The notes under the pieces: generated by a model
Told to the model about the DNA's origin: nothing
Databases searched by the model: none
The model's input: the letters and a program-made list of their open reading frames with translations, nothing else
Shown here: one piece after another, positions 1-8,135 of the stretch
How the letters are laid out: every line of letters starts with the position of its first letter
Position numbering within the stretch: position 1 is the first letter of the stretch
Position numbers and translations under genes: made by a program
Assembly (NCBI GenBank): GCA_016235455.1
Contig: JACRKZ010000105.1
Span: 1 to 51,315 of the forward strand
DNA from: Armatimonadota bacterium
GTDB taxonomy: Bacteria > Armatimonadota > UBA10988
Direction: 5' to 3'
Length of the DNA stretch: 51,315 bases

Positions 1-1
1 G

Positions 2-256
2 AGCGGCGCGGCACTGAACCTGGTTGGCCGGCTGACCGGCGGCACGGTGGAGCTGGAGCTCGCCGGGCAGGACCTGGTGCCCGACCGCTGGCGACCGCGC
101 CTCGACGCGCCGACGGCCCTGGCCGCGGGCGGCGCCGAGCTGTCGGTGGCGCTGATCAGGCATGTCGTGGAGCGGCACCATGGGGCCGTGGAGGTGCATT
201 GTGACCAGCTTGCCTACACACTGACGCTGCGTTGGCCGCAGCGTCAGGCGGCCTGA
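2..256 (+). CDS. 3' end of a histidine-kinase/HATPase-like protein (partial, runs off window start)
   Basis: Frame open from base 2. The C-terminus 'GGAELSVALIRHVVERHHGAVEV...YTLTLRWP' resembles the HATPase_c tail 'GLGLAIVKHIVEAHGGRIEV...FTLTLP', with a degenerate G2 box. Confidence 0.5.
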   Translation, partial: SGAALNLVGRLTGGTVELELAGQDLVPDRWRPRLDAPTALAAGGAELSVALIRHVVERHHGAVEVHCDQLAYTLTLRWPQRQAA

Positions 257-296
257 TCTGGGTCAGCGCGTACCGGTTGGGTTAGTCCGCCCGGTC

Positions 297-305
297 TGGT
301 AGACT
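297..305 (+). promoter_or_regulatory. Possible extended -10 promoter element for the cheD operon
   Basis: TG-G-TAGACT about 80 nt upstream of the cheD ATG; no clear -35. Confidence 0.3.
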
Positions 306-383
306 AGAGTTGCGTCGGCGCACACTCTGGGTACGAGGTGCGCTCACCCGCCGTGCCGGGCCAGACGGATCTCGAGAGGGTTA

Positions 384-893
384 ATGAAGACCACGAACGT
401 GGGACTGGCCGAATACAAGATCAGTTCCAAGCCCGATGAGGCCTTGGGCATCCTGGGCCTGGGTTCATCCATAGGGCTGTTCTTCTTCGATCCCCGCACG
501 CAGACGTCCGCGGCGGCGCATGTCATGCTGCCCGCCGGGCGGGACGAGGAAGCGCATCCCACCAAGTACTGCTCGTCCGTGGTGCCGTTTCTGCTGGAGC
601 AGATGACCGCGGCCGGCGCGCAGATCGATGAGCTCAAGGTGGCCGTTTTCGGCGGCGCCACGATGCTCTCATCGGGGCCCACCAGCCTGCTGGAGATCGG
701 TCAGCGCAATACGGCGGCCGCTGCGGAGGCGTTGACGAAGGCCGGGCTGACCCCTGTGGTCAGCGACACAGGCGGCAGCAAGGGCCGCAATGTGACCCTT
801 GAAGTGGCCACGGGGTACGTAACCGTGAAAGTTTTGGCGCAGCCCGATCGAGTCTACGCAGACCTGACGCTCGGGCCGGAGGTAGGACGATGA
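384..893 (+). CDS. cheD: CheD-family chemotaxis protein (catalytic Cys replaced by Ser)
   Basis: Motifs VGLAEY, LGLGSSIG, AHVMLP, TKY, FGGATML, IGQRN, DTGGSKGR; GAGAGGG RBS upstream. Confidence 0.93.
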   Translation: MKTTNVGLAEYKISSKPDEALGILGLGSSIGLFFFDPRTQTSAAAHVMLPAGRDEEAHPTKYCSSVVPFLLEQMTAAGAQIDELKVAVFGGATMLSSGPTSLLEIGQRNTAAAAEALTKAGLTPVVSDTGGSKGRNVTLEVATGYVTVKVLAQPDRVYADLTLGPEVGR

Positions 894-1738
894 CCGGCTC
901 CGTCGACGAAATGCTCGACTTTGGCGACAAGCTGCCGTCCTTCCCCACGGCGGTGGCCGAGGCCATCCGCATGCTGTCCAGCGAAACGTCGGACACCGAC
1001 GGCATCGCCGCGGTGCTCCAGCGCGACCAGGCGCTGGTGGCCCAGGTGCTCAAGATGGCCAACAGCGCCTTCTACGGCGTGTCCCGGCGCGTCAGCACGG
1101 TGAAGCAGGCCCTGCTCGTGCTGGGCCGCAATGCCGTGCGCTCGTTGGTTGTGGCGGTCAGCGCCCAGGAGTTCCTGGGCCGCGCGCAGCCGGGCTACCT
1201 GCTGGCCCGCGGACAGCTCTGGGAGTACAGCCTGGCCTCGGGCGCGGCCGCCTCGCTGGTGGCGCAGAAAGTTGGCTACAAGCCGGCGGATGAGGCATTC
1301 GTCGCTGGTTTGCTGCATGATATTGGCAAGGTCGTGCTGTCCGAGTACCTGGCCGAGCGCAGTGTCGAGCTGGCTGAGTTGGTCGGGCTGGCCGCCGAGC
1401 CGGTGGGCTTCGATACCATCGAGCAGGAACTGCTGCATATTGACCACGCCGCGCTGGGCGGCATGCTGTGCGACCACTGGCAGTTGCCCGCGCGGCTGAG
1501 CCATGCGGTGCGGCACCACCACAATCCCAGCCAGGCGGGCGACGACTGGCAGCTGTCGGCCGTGGTTCACGCGGCCAATGCGCTGACCATGACCGTGGGC
1601 ATCGGCCTCGGCGTTGACGGCCTGCAGTATGTGCTGGATGAGAACGCACTCATGCGACTCGGTCTGGGCGGGGACGACATGGAAATCCTGGCCGACGAGT
1701 TGATTGACCAGTTGAGCCGGCCCAACCCCTTCGGGTAG
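890..1738 (+). CDS. HDOD domain protein
   Basis: LPSFP, DQALVAQVLKMANSAFYG, STVKQALLVLG, FVAGLLHDIGK, HAALG..L..HWQLP, HHH; ATGA overlap with cheD. Confidence 0.92.
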   Translation: MTGSVDEMLDFGDKLPSFPTAVAEAIRMLSSETSDTDGIAAVLQRDQALVAQVLKMANSAFYGVSRRVSTVKQALLVLGRNAVRSLVVAVSAQEFLGRAQPGYLLARGQLWEYSLASGAAASLVAQKVGYKPADEAFVAGLLHDIGKVVLSEYLAERSVELAELVGLAAEPVGFDTIEQELLHIDHAALGGMLCDHWQLPARLSHAVRHHHNPSQAGDDWQLSAVVHAANALTMTVGIGLGVDGLQYVLDENALMRLGLGGDDMEILADELIDQLSRPNPFG

Positions 1739-1826
1739 GGTGCCGCCGGGCTCCTGACGCGACGCCCGTGGCGACGGCGGCAACCCGAGCGGTCCGCGGT
1801 CTGTCCTAACGTGTTTGAGGGCCCAG

Positions 1827-3164
1827 ATGCAAGACAAGCGCAAGACGGTGCTGATCGCCGCGGACGTCCCCTACTCGCGGCGCCTGATGCAGAAGACTCT
1901 GCAAGAGCCCAATCTCACCGTGCGTGCCGTGGGCACGACCGAGGAGGCCATTGCGCTCGTCGCCACCAACCGCGTCGACGCCTTGCTCATTGACCTGGTC
2001 AATCCACCCAATGCCGGCGAGCATCTGCTGCTCCAGTGCCGGGTCGCCGGCCATCGCGTGCCGGCCATTCTGATGTGCGCCGCCATCGACCGCGACCTGT
2101 TGCGCCGACTGAACAACCTGCGGCCGGTCGGTCTGCTGCAGAAGCCGCTGCAGTTCGATGCGCTCAACGAGTTGCTGCCCCTGGCCCTGGCCGGCGACCT
2201 GGATCTGCTGCGCCGTTCGGCCGAGATGGCCGCCAACCGCAGCAAGCGCGAGCGCCGCACTGGCCCCGAAAGCGCGGTCGGCCTGACCGAGGTCTCCGAC
2301 GAGCCGGTCAACACCGACCGCCTGGGCAAGATGTTCGGCAACCTGCCGCTGCTGCCGACGGTGCTCACGCAGATCCTGGCGGTGAGCGACTCCGACGAGG
2401 GCAGTGCGCAGGCCCTGGCCGACATCATCAGCAGCGACCCGCGCCTGAGCGGCCAGTTGCTGCGGGTGGTCAACAGCGCCTACTTCGGCTTCGCCCGGCG
2501 CATCTCGACCATTCCCGAAGCCACCGTCATCCTGGGCTCGGAGGCCATTCGCAAGCTGGCCGTGGGCGCCTCGGTCTCCGACTTCTTCAGCGGCAAGAGC
2601 CAGTTCCTCGATCGCGGCCGGCTCTGGCGGCACTCGCTGTCCACGGCGGTGGCCAGCCGCACGGTGGCCGAGTACCGCGACCTCAAGGAGTCCGAGGAGG
2701 CCTTCGCCGCGGGCCTGCTGCACGACTTCGGCCGGCTGATCCTCGAACGGCACTTCCCGCAGCAGTACGGCGCCGTGGTGATGGCCGCGCGGGAGAGCCA
2801 GGAGCCGCTGCTGGCCGCCGAGGAGCAGATGCTCGGCTTCCACCATGCCTGGATCAGCGGCTGGCTGGCCGGCCGTTGGAACCTGCCGCCCGCGCTGGCC
2901 GACGCCATGGCCTGGCATCATCAGCCCGAGAGTGCCGGGGAGTCGGCGCGCCATGTGGCCGCGGCGGTCCATGTGGGCGATGTGCTGTGTCATATGGCCG
3001 GCTTCCATGGCGTGGACGAGGTGGCTCTGAACACCACGGCCAGCTTGTACGCCACCGGCGTCCTCGACCTGAACGACGCCGATCTGGAAGCGATGCTGCC
3101 CAAGGTCGCCAAGCAGGCCGAAGAGCTGGAGCGGCAGTTGGCCTCGGTCGTCAACACCGAGTAG
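1827..3164 (+). CDS. Atypical receiver domain + HDOD domain protein
   Basis: N-terminal REC-like fold (VLIAAD, LLIDL, ILMCA, LQKP), then HDOD (LPLLP, DPRLSGQLLRVVNSAYFG, LWRHS, GLLHDFG, WNLP, WHH). ATG 1827 follows GAGG. Confidence 0.88.
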   Translation: MQDKRKTVLIAADVPYSRRLMQKTLQEPNLTVRAVGTTEEAIALVATNRVDALLIDLVNPPNAGEHLLLQCRVAGHRVPAILMCAAIDRDLLRRLNNLRPVGLLQKPLQFDALNELLPLALAGDLDLLRRSAEMAANRSKRERRTGPESAVGLTEVSDEPVNTDRLGKMFGNLPLLPTVLTQILAVSDSDEGSAQALADIISSDPRLSGQLLRVVNSAYFGFARRISTIPEATVILGSEAIRKLAVGASVSDFFSGKSQFLDRGRLWRHSLSTAVASRTVAEYRDLKESEEAFAAGLLHDFGRLILERHFPQQYGAVVMAARESQEPLLAAEEQMLGFHHAWISGWLAGRWNLPPALADAMAWHHQPESAGESARHVAAAVHVGDVLCHMAGFHGVDEVALNTTASLYATGVLDLNDADLEAMLPKVAKQAEELERQLASVVNTE

Positions 3165-3185
3165 CATTCGCCGCGGAGGTCCGCC

Positions 3186-4277
3186 ATGGAAGGCATGCTC
3201 AGTCAGGACGAGATTGACTCCCTACTCGAACAAACCCGAGAGGTAGTCTCCGCGGCCGAGTCGGCGCGGTCCGGCCTGGCTGAACAGGACGTCAAGCTCT
3301 ACGACTTCAAGCGGCCCGAGAAATTCTCTCGTGAGCAGATCCGCAGCCTGGAACGCGTTCACGAGCGGCTGGCGCGGCTCCTCAGCCAGTCGCTCTCGGC
3401 CTACATCCGCACCAACGTCAACGTGAAGATGGAGTCGGTGACGCCGCTGTCCTACCAGGACTTCGTCTTCTCGCTACCGCAGCCCACGCTCATCCAAGTG
3501 GTACAGCTCGACCCGCTGCCGGGCCAGGCGGCCGTGGAGATGAACCCCTCGGTGGTCTTCCCCATGTTCGAGCAGATGACCGGCGGCAAGTCGGGCGGCA
3601 CGTCCAAGGCGCGCCCGCTGACTGATGTCGAGCTGGCCGTCTTCCAGCGCCCGTTGGAGCGCATCATGGCGGCCATCGCCGAGGCCTGGCAGGATGTGCT
3701 CATCCTCAAGCCGATCATGCTGCGCGCCGAGCAGGACCCGCAGTTCGCCTCGGTGGCGGCGGTCAATGCGCCGGTCGTGGTGGTCAGCCTCGAAGTCACC
3801 ATGGGTGAAGAGTTCGGCATGATGTCCATCTGCATGCCGGACGTGCTGGTTGACGCGCTGCTCCACTACCTGGGGCAGGAGCGCATCCTCGGCGACCGCC
3901 AAGGCGCGGACCGCGAGGGCCGGGCCGTGCGCGAGGCGCTGTGGGATGTGCCGTTGCCCCTGATCGCCGAATTGGGCCGCAGTCAACTGAGCGTGCGCCA
4001 GCTCCGCTCGCTGCGAGTCGACGACGTCATTCGGCTCGGCACCGAGGTCGGACAGGACATTGTGGTAAGGATAGGCAATCGCTCGGTCTTCCGGGCGCAG
4101 GTTGGCCAGCTCAAGCGCCGCCTGGCGGTGCGCATCGCCGGCCCGCTGTCCGGCGACACGTTGGCCGATGCCGGCCGCGAGGCGGTTCTCGAACAGCAGG
4201 CCGCCGCGGCGTTCGACACGAATGGCTCGTTTGCCGGTGAGCCGGCTGAAGGAGTCGGCGAGCACGGCGACGAATAG
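3186..4277 (+). CDS. fliM: Flagellar motor switch protein FliM
   Basis: N-terminal CheY-P binding motif LSQDEIDSLL, YDFKRPEKFSREQIR, RPLTDVE, C-terminal SpoA domain (AELGRSQLSVRQL..L.VDDVIRL). Confidence 0.96.
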   Translation: MEGMLSQDEIDSLLEQTREVVSAAESARSGLAEQDVKLYDFKRPEKFSREQIRSLERVHERLARLLSQSLSAYIRTNVNVKMESVTPLSYQDFVFSLPQPTLIQVVQLDPLPGQAAVEMNPSVVFPMFEQMTGGKSGGTSKARPLTDVELAVFQRPLERIMAAIAEAWQDVLILKPIMLRAEQDPQFASVAAVNAPVVVVSLEVTMGEEFGMMSICMPDVLVDALLHYLGQERILGDRQGADREGRAVREALWDVPLPLIAELGRSQLSVRQLRSLRVDDVIRLGTEVGQDIVVRIGNRSVFRAQVGQLKRRLAVRIAGPLSGDTLADAGREAVLEQQAAAAFDTNGSFAGEPAEGVGEHGDE

Positions 4278-4325
4278 CAGGACTTGGCATTGCGCCGTCC
4301 GAACGGCTTCCAAGGAGCAACCCGC

Positions 4326-4922
4326 ATGGCCCACATTCTAGTGGTGGATGACGAGAGCGATATCCGTGACGTGCTCAAGGACGCGCTCGAGCAGCTGGGC
4401 CATTTCGTCCAGACGGCCACCAACGGTCGTGAGGGCCTGCAGCGCCTGATGGACCATCCGGTCGACCTCGTGCTGCTGGATATGCGCATGCCGGTCATGA
4501 GCGGCTATGAGATGCTGCAATCGCTGCGCACCACGCTGCGCTCGGAGGTGGCGGTGCTCATCCTCACGGGCTACGCCAGCCTGGACTCGATGTTCAAGTG
4601 CACCGAGCTGGGCGTGAGCGGCTACCTGCCCAAGCCTTTCCGACTCGACGAGTTGGAGGGCAAGATCAACTCGTGTCTGGCCGGCCAGTTGCCCGCGCCA
4701 TCGAGTCTCAGTCGCGCCACGCGCATCAAGCTGACGGCTCGCGAGCAGGAAGTGCTGCTGCTCATGCGCCAGGGCTGGACGGACCAGGAAATCGCCGACA
4801 AGCTCTACATCAGCCCCAATACGGCGCACAATCACGTCAAGCGGATCATGTCCAAGCTCGACTGCCGCAACCGCAGCGAGGTAGTCGCGCGCAGCTTCGT
4901 CGAGGACGTGTTCGACAGCTGA
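4326..4922 (+). CDS. Two-component response regulator, REC + LuxR-type HTH
   Basis: ILVVDDE, LLDMRMP, ILTG, LPKP; HTH LTAREQEVL...EIADKLYISPNTAHNHVKRIMSKL; AAGGAG RBS before ATG 4326. Confidence 0.93.
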   Translation: MAHILVVDDESDIRDVLKDALEQLGHFVQTATNGREGLQRLMDHPVDLVLLDMRMPVMSGYEMLQSLRTTLRSEVAVLILTGYASLDSMFKCTELGVSGYLPKPFRLDELEGKINSCLAGQLPAPSSLSRATRIKLTAREQEVLLLMRQGWTDQEIADKLYISPNTAHNHVKRIMSKLDCRNRSEVVARSFVEDVFDS

Positions 4923-4953
4923 TCGTCAGAATTGCTTCAGGCCAATCGAGAAA

Positions 4954-4999
4954 ATGGCCAGATCAGGCCATGGACCCGCGCGCCTCGAATCGCGACACT
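4954..4999 (+). promoter_or_regulatory. Candidate LuxR-type operator and weak sigma70-like promoter of the flgB operon
   Basis: Near-palindrome ATGGCC-AGATCA-GGCCAT (4954-4971) overlapping TGGACC (4971-4976), 17 nt spacer, GACACT (4994-4999). Confidence 0.4.
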
Positions 5000-5058
5000 C
5001 ACTACCAACCCGGCCGGCGGACGCTTAGCACCGCTTAGTTCGGGTGGGAGTAGTCGCG

Positions 5059-5388
5059 ATGATCCAACGCATGGAACAGGCCCTCGACGCGCTCAGCCGG
5101 CGCCAGAAGGTCGTGGCCAACAACCTGGCCAACGTGAACACCCCCGAGTTCACTCGCCGCGACGTCGACTTCTTCTCCTACATGTCGGGCCTCTATGAGG
5201 ACCGCGACCTGCCGCTTGAGGTCAAGGACGACGCGGTGACTCCGCCGCGGGCCGACGGCAACAACGTCACCCTCGAACGCGAGATGTTCGCGCTCACGCA
5301 GACCGAGATGCTGTACCAGACGGTCTCGCGGTTCACCACCGACCGCATCAAGGGCATCTCGTACGCCATCACCGAGGGTCGCGGCTGA
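5059..5388 (+). CDS. flgB: Flagellar basal-body rod protein FlgB
   Basis: RQKVVANNLANVNTPEF.RRDVDF, RADGNNVTLEREM; GGGAG RBS. Confidence 0.95.
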   Translation: MIQRMEQALDALSRRQKVVANNLANVNTPEFTRRDVDFFSYMSGLYEDRDLPLEVKDDAVTPPRADGNNVTLEREMFALTQTEMLYQTVSRFTTDRIKGISYAITEGRG

Positions 5389-5426
5389 CGCCGGGGCTCG
5401 CGCCGCGAGCCCTGGGGAGAACACAC

Positions 5427-5822
5427 ATGGCCATGTTCGACGGCATGAGCATCAGTGCGACGGGGATGACGGCCCACCGCCTGTGGATGGACGTCATCTC
5501 CAGCAACCTGGCCAACTCGGAGAGCACGCGCTCGGCCGAGGGCGGGCCTTTTCGCCGTCAGATGCTGGTGCTGGGCGAGTCGCAGAAGCGCAGCGGCGTG
5601 GAGATCCAGCAGGTGCTCGCCGATCCCGCGCCGCCGCGCCAGGTGCTCGACCCCGGCCATCCCGACGCCGACGCCAACGGCATGGTCGCCTACCCGAACG
5701 TGGACCCGGTCCGCGAGATGGTGGACATGATGGCCGCCAGCCGCGCCTTCGAGGCCAACGCGGTGGCCATGACCGCAGCCAAGCAGATGCTGGCCCGCGC
5801 GCTGGAAATCGGTAAGGCCTAA
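5427..5822 (+). CDS. flgC: Flagellar basal-body rod protein FlgC
   Basis: ISATGMTA.R..MDVISSNLANSE, GGPFRRQ, DPGHPDAD..G.V.YPNVD..REMVDMM.ASRAFEAN. Confidence 0.97.
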   Translation: MAMFDGMSISATGMTAHRLWMDVISSNLANSESTRSAEGGPFRRQMLVLGESQKRSGVEIQQVLADPAPPRQVLDPGHPDADANGMVAYPNVDPVREMVDMMAASRAFEANAVAMTAAKQMLARALEIGKA

Positions 5823-5847
5823 GACGCGGCCCGGAAGGAACTCTCCC

Positions 5848-6393
5848 ATGGCAAGCATCGGCGGTATCGGTGGTGGCGGCGGCGGCGCCGGCGGCGGCGA
5901 CCTGATGGGCCTGATGAACTCGCTCAAGAGCGCGGGCGGGGCCGGTGGCACCGGCGGCTCGGGCGGTGCCATGGGCGCGGCCACGGAGAAGTTCGGCGGC
6001 GCCATGGAGAGCGCACTGCGCGGCGACGTCTCGGGCACCATGAACCAGCTCAACTCCTTGACCAGCCAGGACCCCAGCAAGCTCTATGAGGGCGGCGCGC
6101 TCGGCAAGGCGGCCACGGCCAGTGCGAAGATGGCCATGGGTTCCGGCGACGCCGGCTCGGTTGCTGGGCTGGTGGACTCGATGAGCAAGGCCATTCAGAG
6201 CCGCATCGAGACCACCGAGGCCTCCAAGAAGACCGCCGAGGCCAACGTGCAGACGTTGATCACCGGCGGCGACATCGACCTGCACAACGTCATCCTGGCC
6301 TCGGAACGTGCCGGGCTGGAGCTGAAGCTGACCATGACGCTGCGCAACAAGCTGCTTGAGGCCTACCAAGAGGTCATGCGTATTCCGGTGTGA
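5848..6393 (+). CDS. fliE: Flagellar hook-basal body protein FliE with long Gly-rich N-terminal extension
   Basis: C-terminal DLHNVILASERAGLELKLTMTLRNKLLEAYQEVMRIPV; located between flgC and fliF. Confidence 0.9.
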   Translation: MASIGGIGGGGGGAGGGDLMGLMNSLKSAGGAGGTGGSGGAMGAATEKFGGAMESALRGDVSGTMNQLNSLTSQDPSKLYEGGALGKAATASAKMAMGSGDAGSVAGLVDSMSKAIQSRIETTEASKKTAEANVQTLITGGDIDLHNVILASERAGLELKLTMTLRNKLLEAYQEVMRIPV

Positions 6394-6434
6394 GGTAGCC
6401 GGCCACAGGGCCGGATGGCGACAGGTGATCGGCC

Positions 6435-8135
6435 ATGGTTGAGACCTTCCGACAGCGATGGGAGCAGATGGGCAGCGGCCAGCGCAAGTTGCTGGGCGCG
6501 ATGGGCCTGGCGATGGTGCTGACCACCGTTGGCATGCTGGCCATGCGCTCGCGCGGCGCCATGACCCCGCTCTACAGCGGATTGTCACCCGCCGAGAGCC
6601 GCGAGATCGTGGCCGAACTGGCGCGCCAGGGCGTCCAGTACAAGGTGTCGGCCGACGAGACGAGCATCGAGGTGCCGTCGCGCTCCGAGCCGGCCGCGCG
6701 CATGCAGTTGGCCGCCGCCGGCCTGCCGCGCACAACGCCGACCGAGGGCTGGGAGATCTTCGGCAAGGGCGGCCTGGCGGTGACCAAGGGTCAGCAGCAG
6801 GCCATGCAGGTGCGGGCCTTGCAGGGCTCGCTCGAGCGCAGCATTGCCAGCCTCGACAACGTCTCCAAGGCGAACGTGCACATCACGCTCAAGGAAGACA
6901 GCCCCTTCCTGGACAACAAGCAGCCGGCCAAGGCCGCGGTGATGCTGACCCTGGGCAAGGGCGGCCAGTTGGGCCGTGACCAGGCGCAGGCCATTGCCTA
7001 CATGGTGGCGCGCAGCGTACCCGACCTGGAGACCGCGCAGATCACCATCCTCGACAGCAAGGGCAATCTGCTGTTCAGCGACAACGTGGCGCGCGGCAGT
7101 GGCAGCGGCGAGTCGGCGCAGACCATCGAGCGCGAGATCGAGCGCCGCGTGCAGTCGCAACTCGACGAGACCTTCGGCCTGGGCAAGACCAAGGTGCGCC
7201 TGACGGCCACCATGGAGACCGAGCGCTCCGAGGTGACCAAGACCACCTACACCACCCCCAACGGCGCGGCCACGGGCATTGCCGGCAAGGAGACGATGGA
7301 GCAGGAGGATTACAGCGGCAACGGCACGCCGGGCGCGAAGCCGGGCGCCGTGCCGGGCATGGCCGGCAACGTCATTGGCGGCGCGGGCGCGGCCGGCGCG
7401 GCCGGCGGCGCCGGCCGCTACACCAAGCGCAACGAGCAGCGCGACTTCCTGGTCAACGAAGAGCGCCAGGTGACCGTGAAGCCGGGCGGCGCGCTGCAGC
7501 GGCTGACGCTGGGCGTGTTCGTCGATGAGGGGCTCAAGGACGCCGAAGAGAAGATCAAGGCCGTGGCGAGCACGGCGGCGGGCATCGATGAGAAGCGCGG
7601 CGACGTGGTCAACGTGGCCACGGTCAAGTTCGCGCCGTCGGCCACCGAAGCCTTCAAGAGCGCCGGCCGCATGGACATGATCAAGACCATCCTGCGGCTG
7701 ATCCTCAACTCCCTGGCCATGATCATCGGGCTGCTGACGCTGCGTAGCATCATCTCCGCGCTCAAGCCGGGCTCCGAGGTGGCGGGCAGCTTCGTGCCGG
7801 GCAGCGAGCCGCTGCTCGAGTCGGGCCGGGCAGGCGAGGTGAAGATGATTGCCGACCAGGGCGGCGTGACGGTGGAAGATGCGGGCGTGGTCGGCGACGA
7901 GCGGCGCCTGGTGGACGCCAGCGGCCAGAGCCCCATTGACGCGCATCTGGCGGCGGCCGACGGCAGCCCGCTGAACGCGGCGGAGCGGGCCCGGGCCCTG
8001 GGCCTGACCCACGCTCCGGCGGAGCCCGAGGTCCACGAGACGGCCGAGGAGATCATCGGCCGCGTCGAGACCTCGCCGGTGGACGACATCGCCGAGGTGC
8101 TGCGGCACTGGCTCGAGGGAGACTCGAATGAGTAA
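6435..8135 (+). CDS. fliF: Flagellar MS-ring protein FliF
   Basis: N-terminal TM, PLYSGLS, ARMQLAAAGLP, GWEIF, RALQGSLERSI, KAAVMLTL, GIDEKRGDVVNV, second TM, C-terminal 'AEVLRHWL'. Confidence 0.95.
   Translation: MVETFRQRWEQMGSGQRKLLGAMGLAMVLTTVGMLAMRSRGAMTPLYSGLSPAESREIVAELARQGVQYKVSADETSIEVPSRSEPAARMQLAAAGLPRTTPTEGWEIFGKGGLAVTKGQQQAMQVRALQGSLERSIASLDNVSKANVHITLKEDSPFLDNKQPAKAAVMLTLGKGGQLGRDQAQAIAYMVARSVPDLETAQITILDSKGNLLFSDNVARGSGSGESAQTIEREIERRVQSQLDETFGLGKTKVRLTATMETERSEVTKTTYTTPNGAATGIAGKETMEQEDYSGNGTPGAKPGAVPGMAGNVIGGAGAAGAAGGAGRYTKRNEQRDFLVNEERQVTVKPGGALQRLTLGVFVDEGLKDAEEKIKAVASTAAGIDEKRGDVVNVATVKFAPSATEAFKSAGRMDMIKTILRLILNSLAMIIGLLTLRSIISALKPGSEVAGSFVPGSEPLLESGRAGEVKMIADQGGVTVEDAGVVGDERRLVDASGQSPIDAHLAAADGSPLNAAERARALGLTHAPAEPEVHETAEEIIGRVETSPVDDIAEVLRHWLEGDSNE

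Noticed and set aside
1739-1790. GC-rich hairpin between the HDOD genes (TGCCGCCG...CGGCGGCA)
   Set aside because: Short stem with no U-tract; plausible by chance at this GC content.
5022-5038. CGCTTAG direct repeat before flgB
   Set aside because: Only two 7-mers with no other support.
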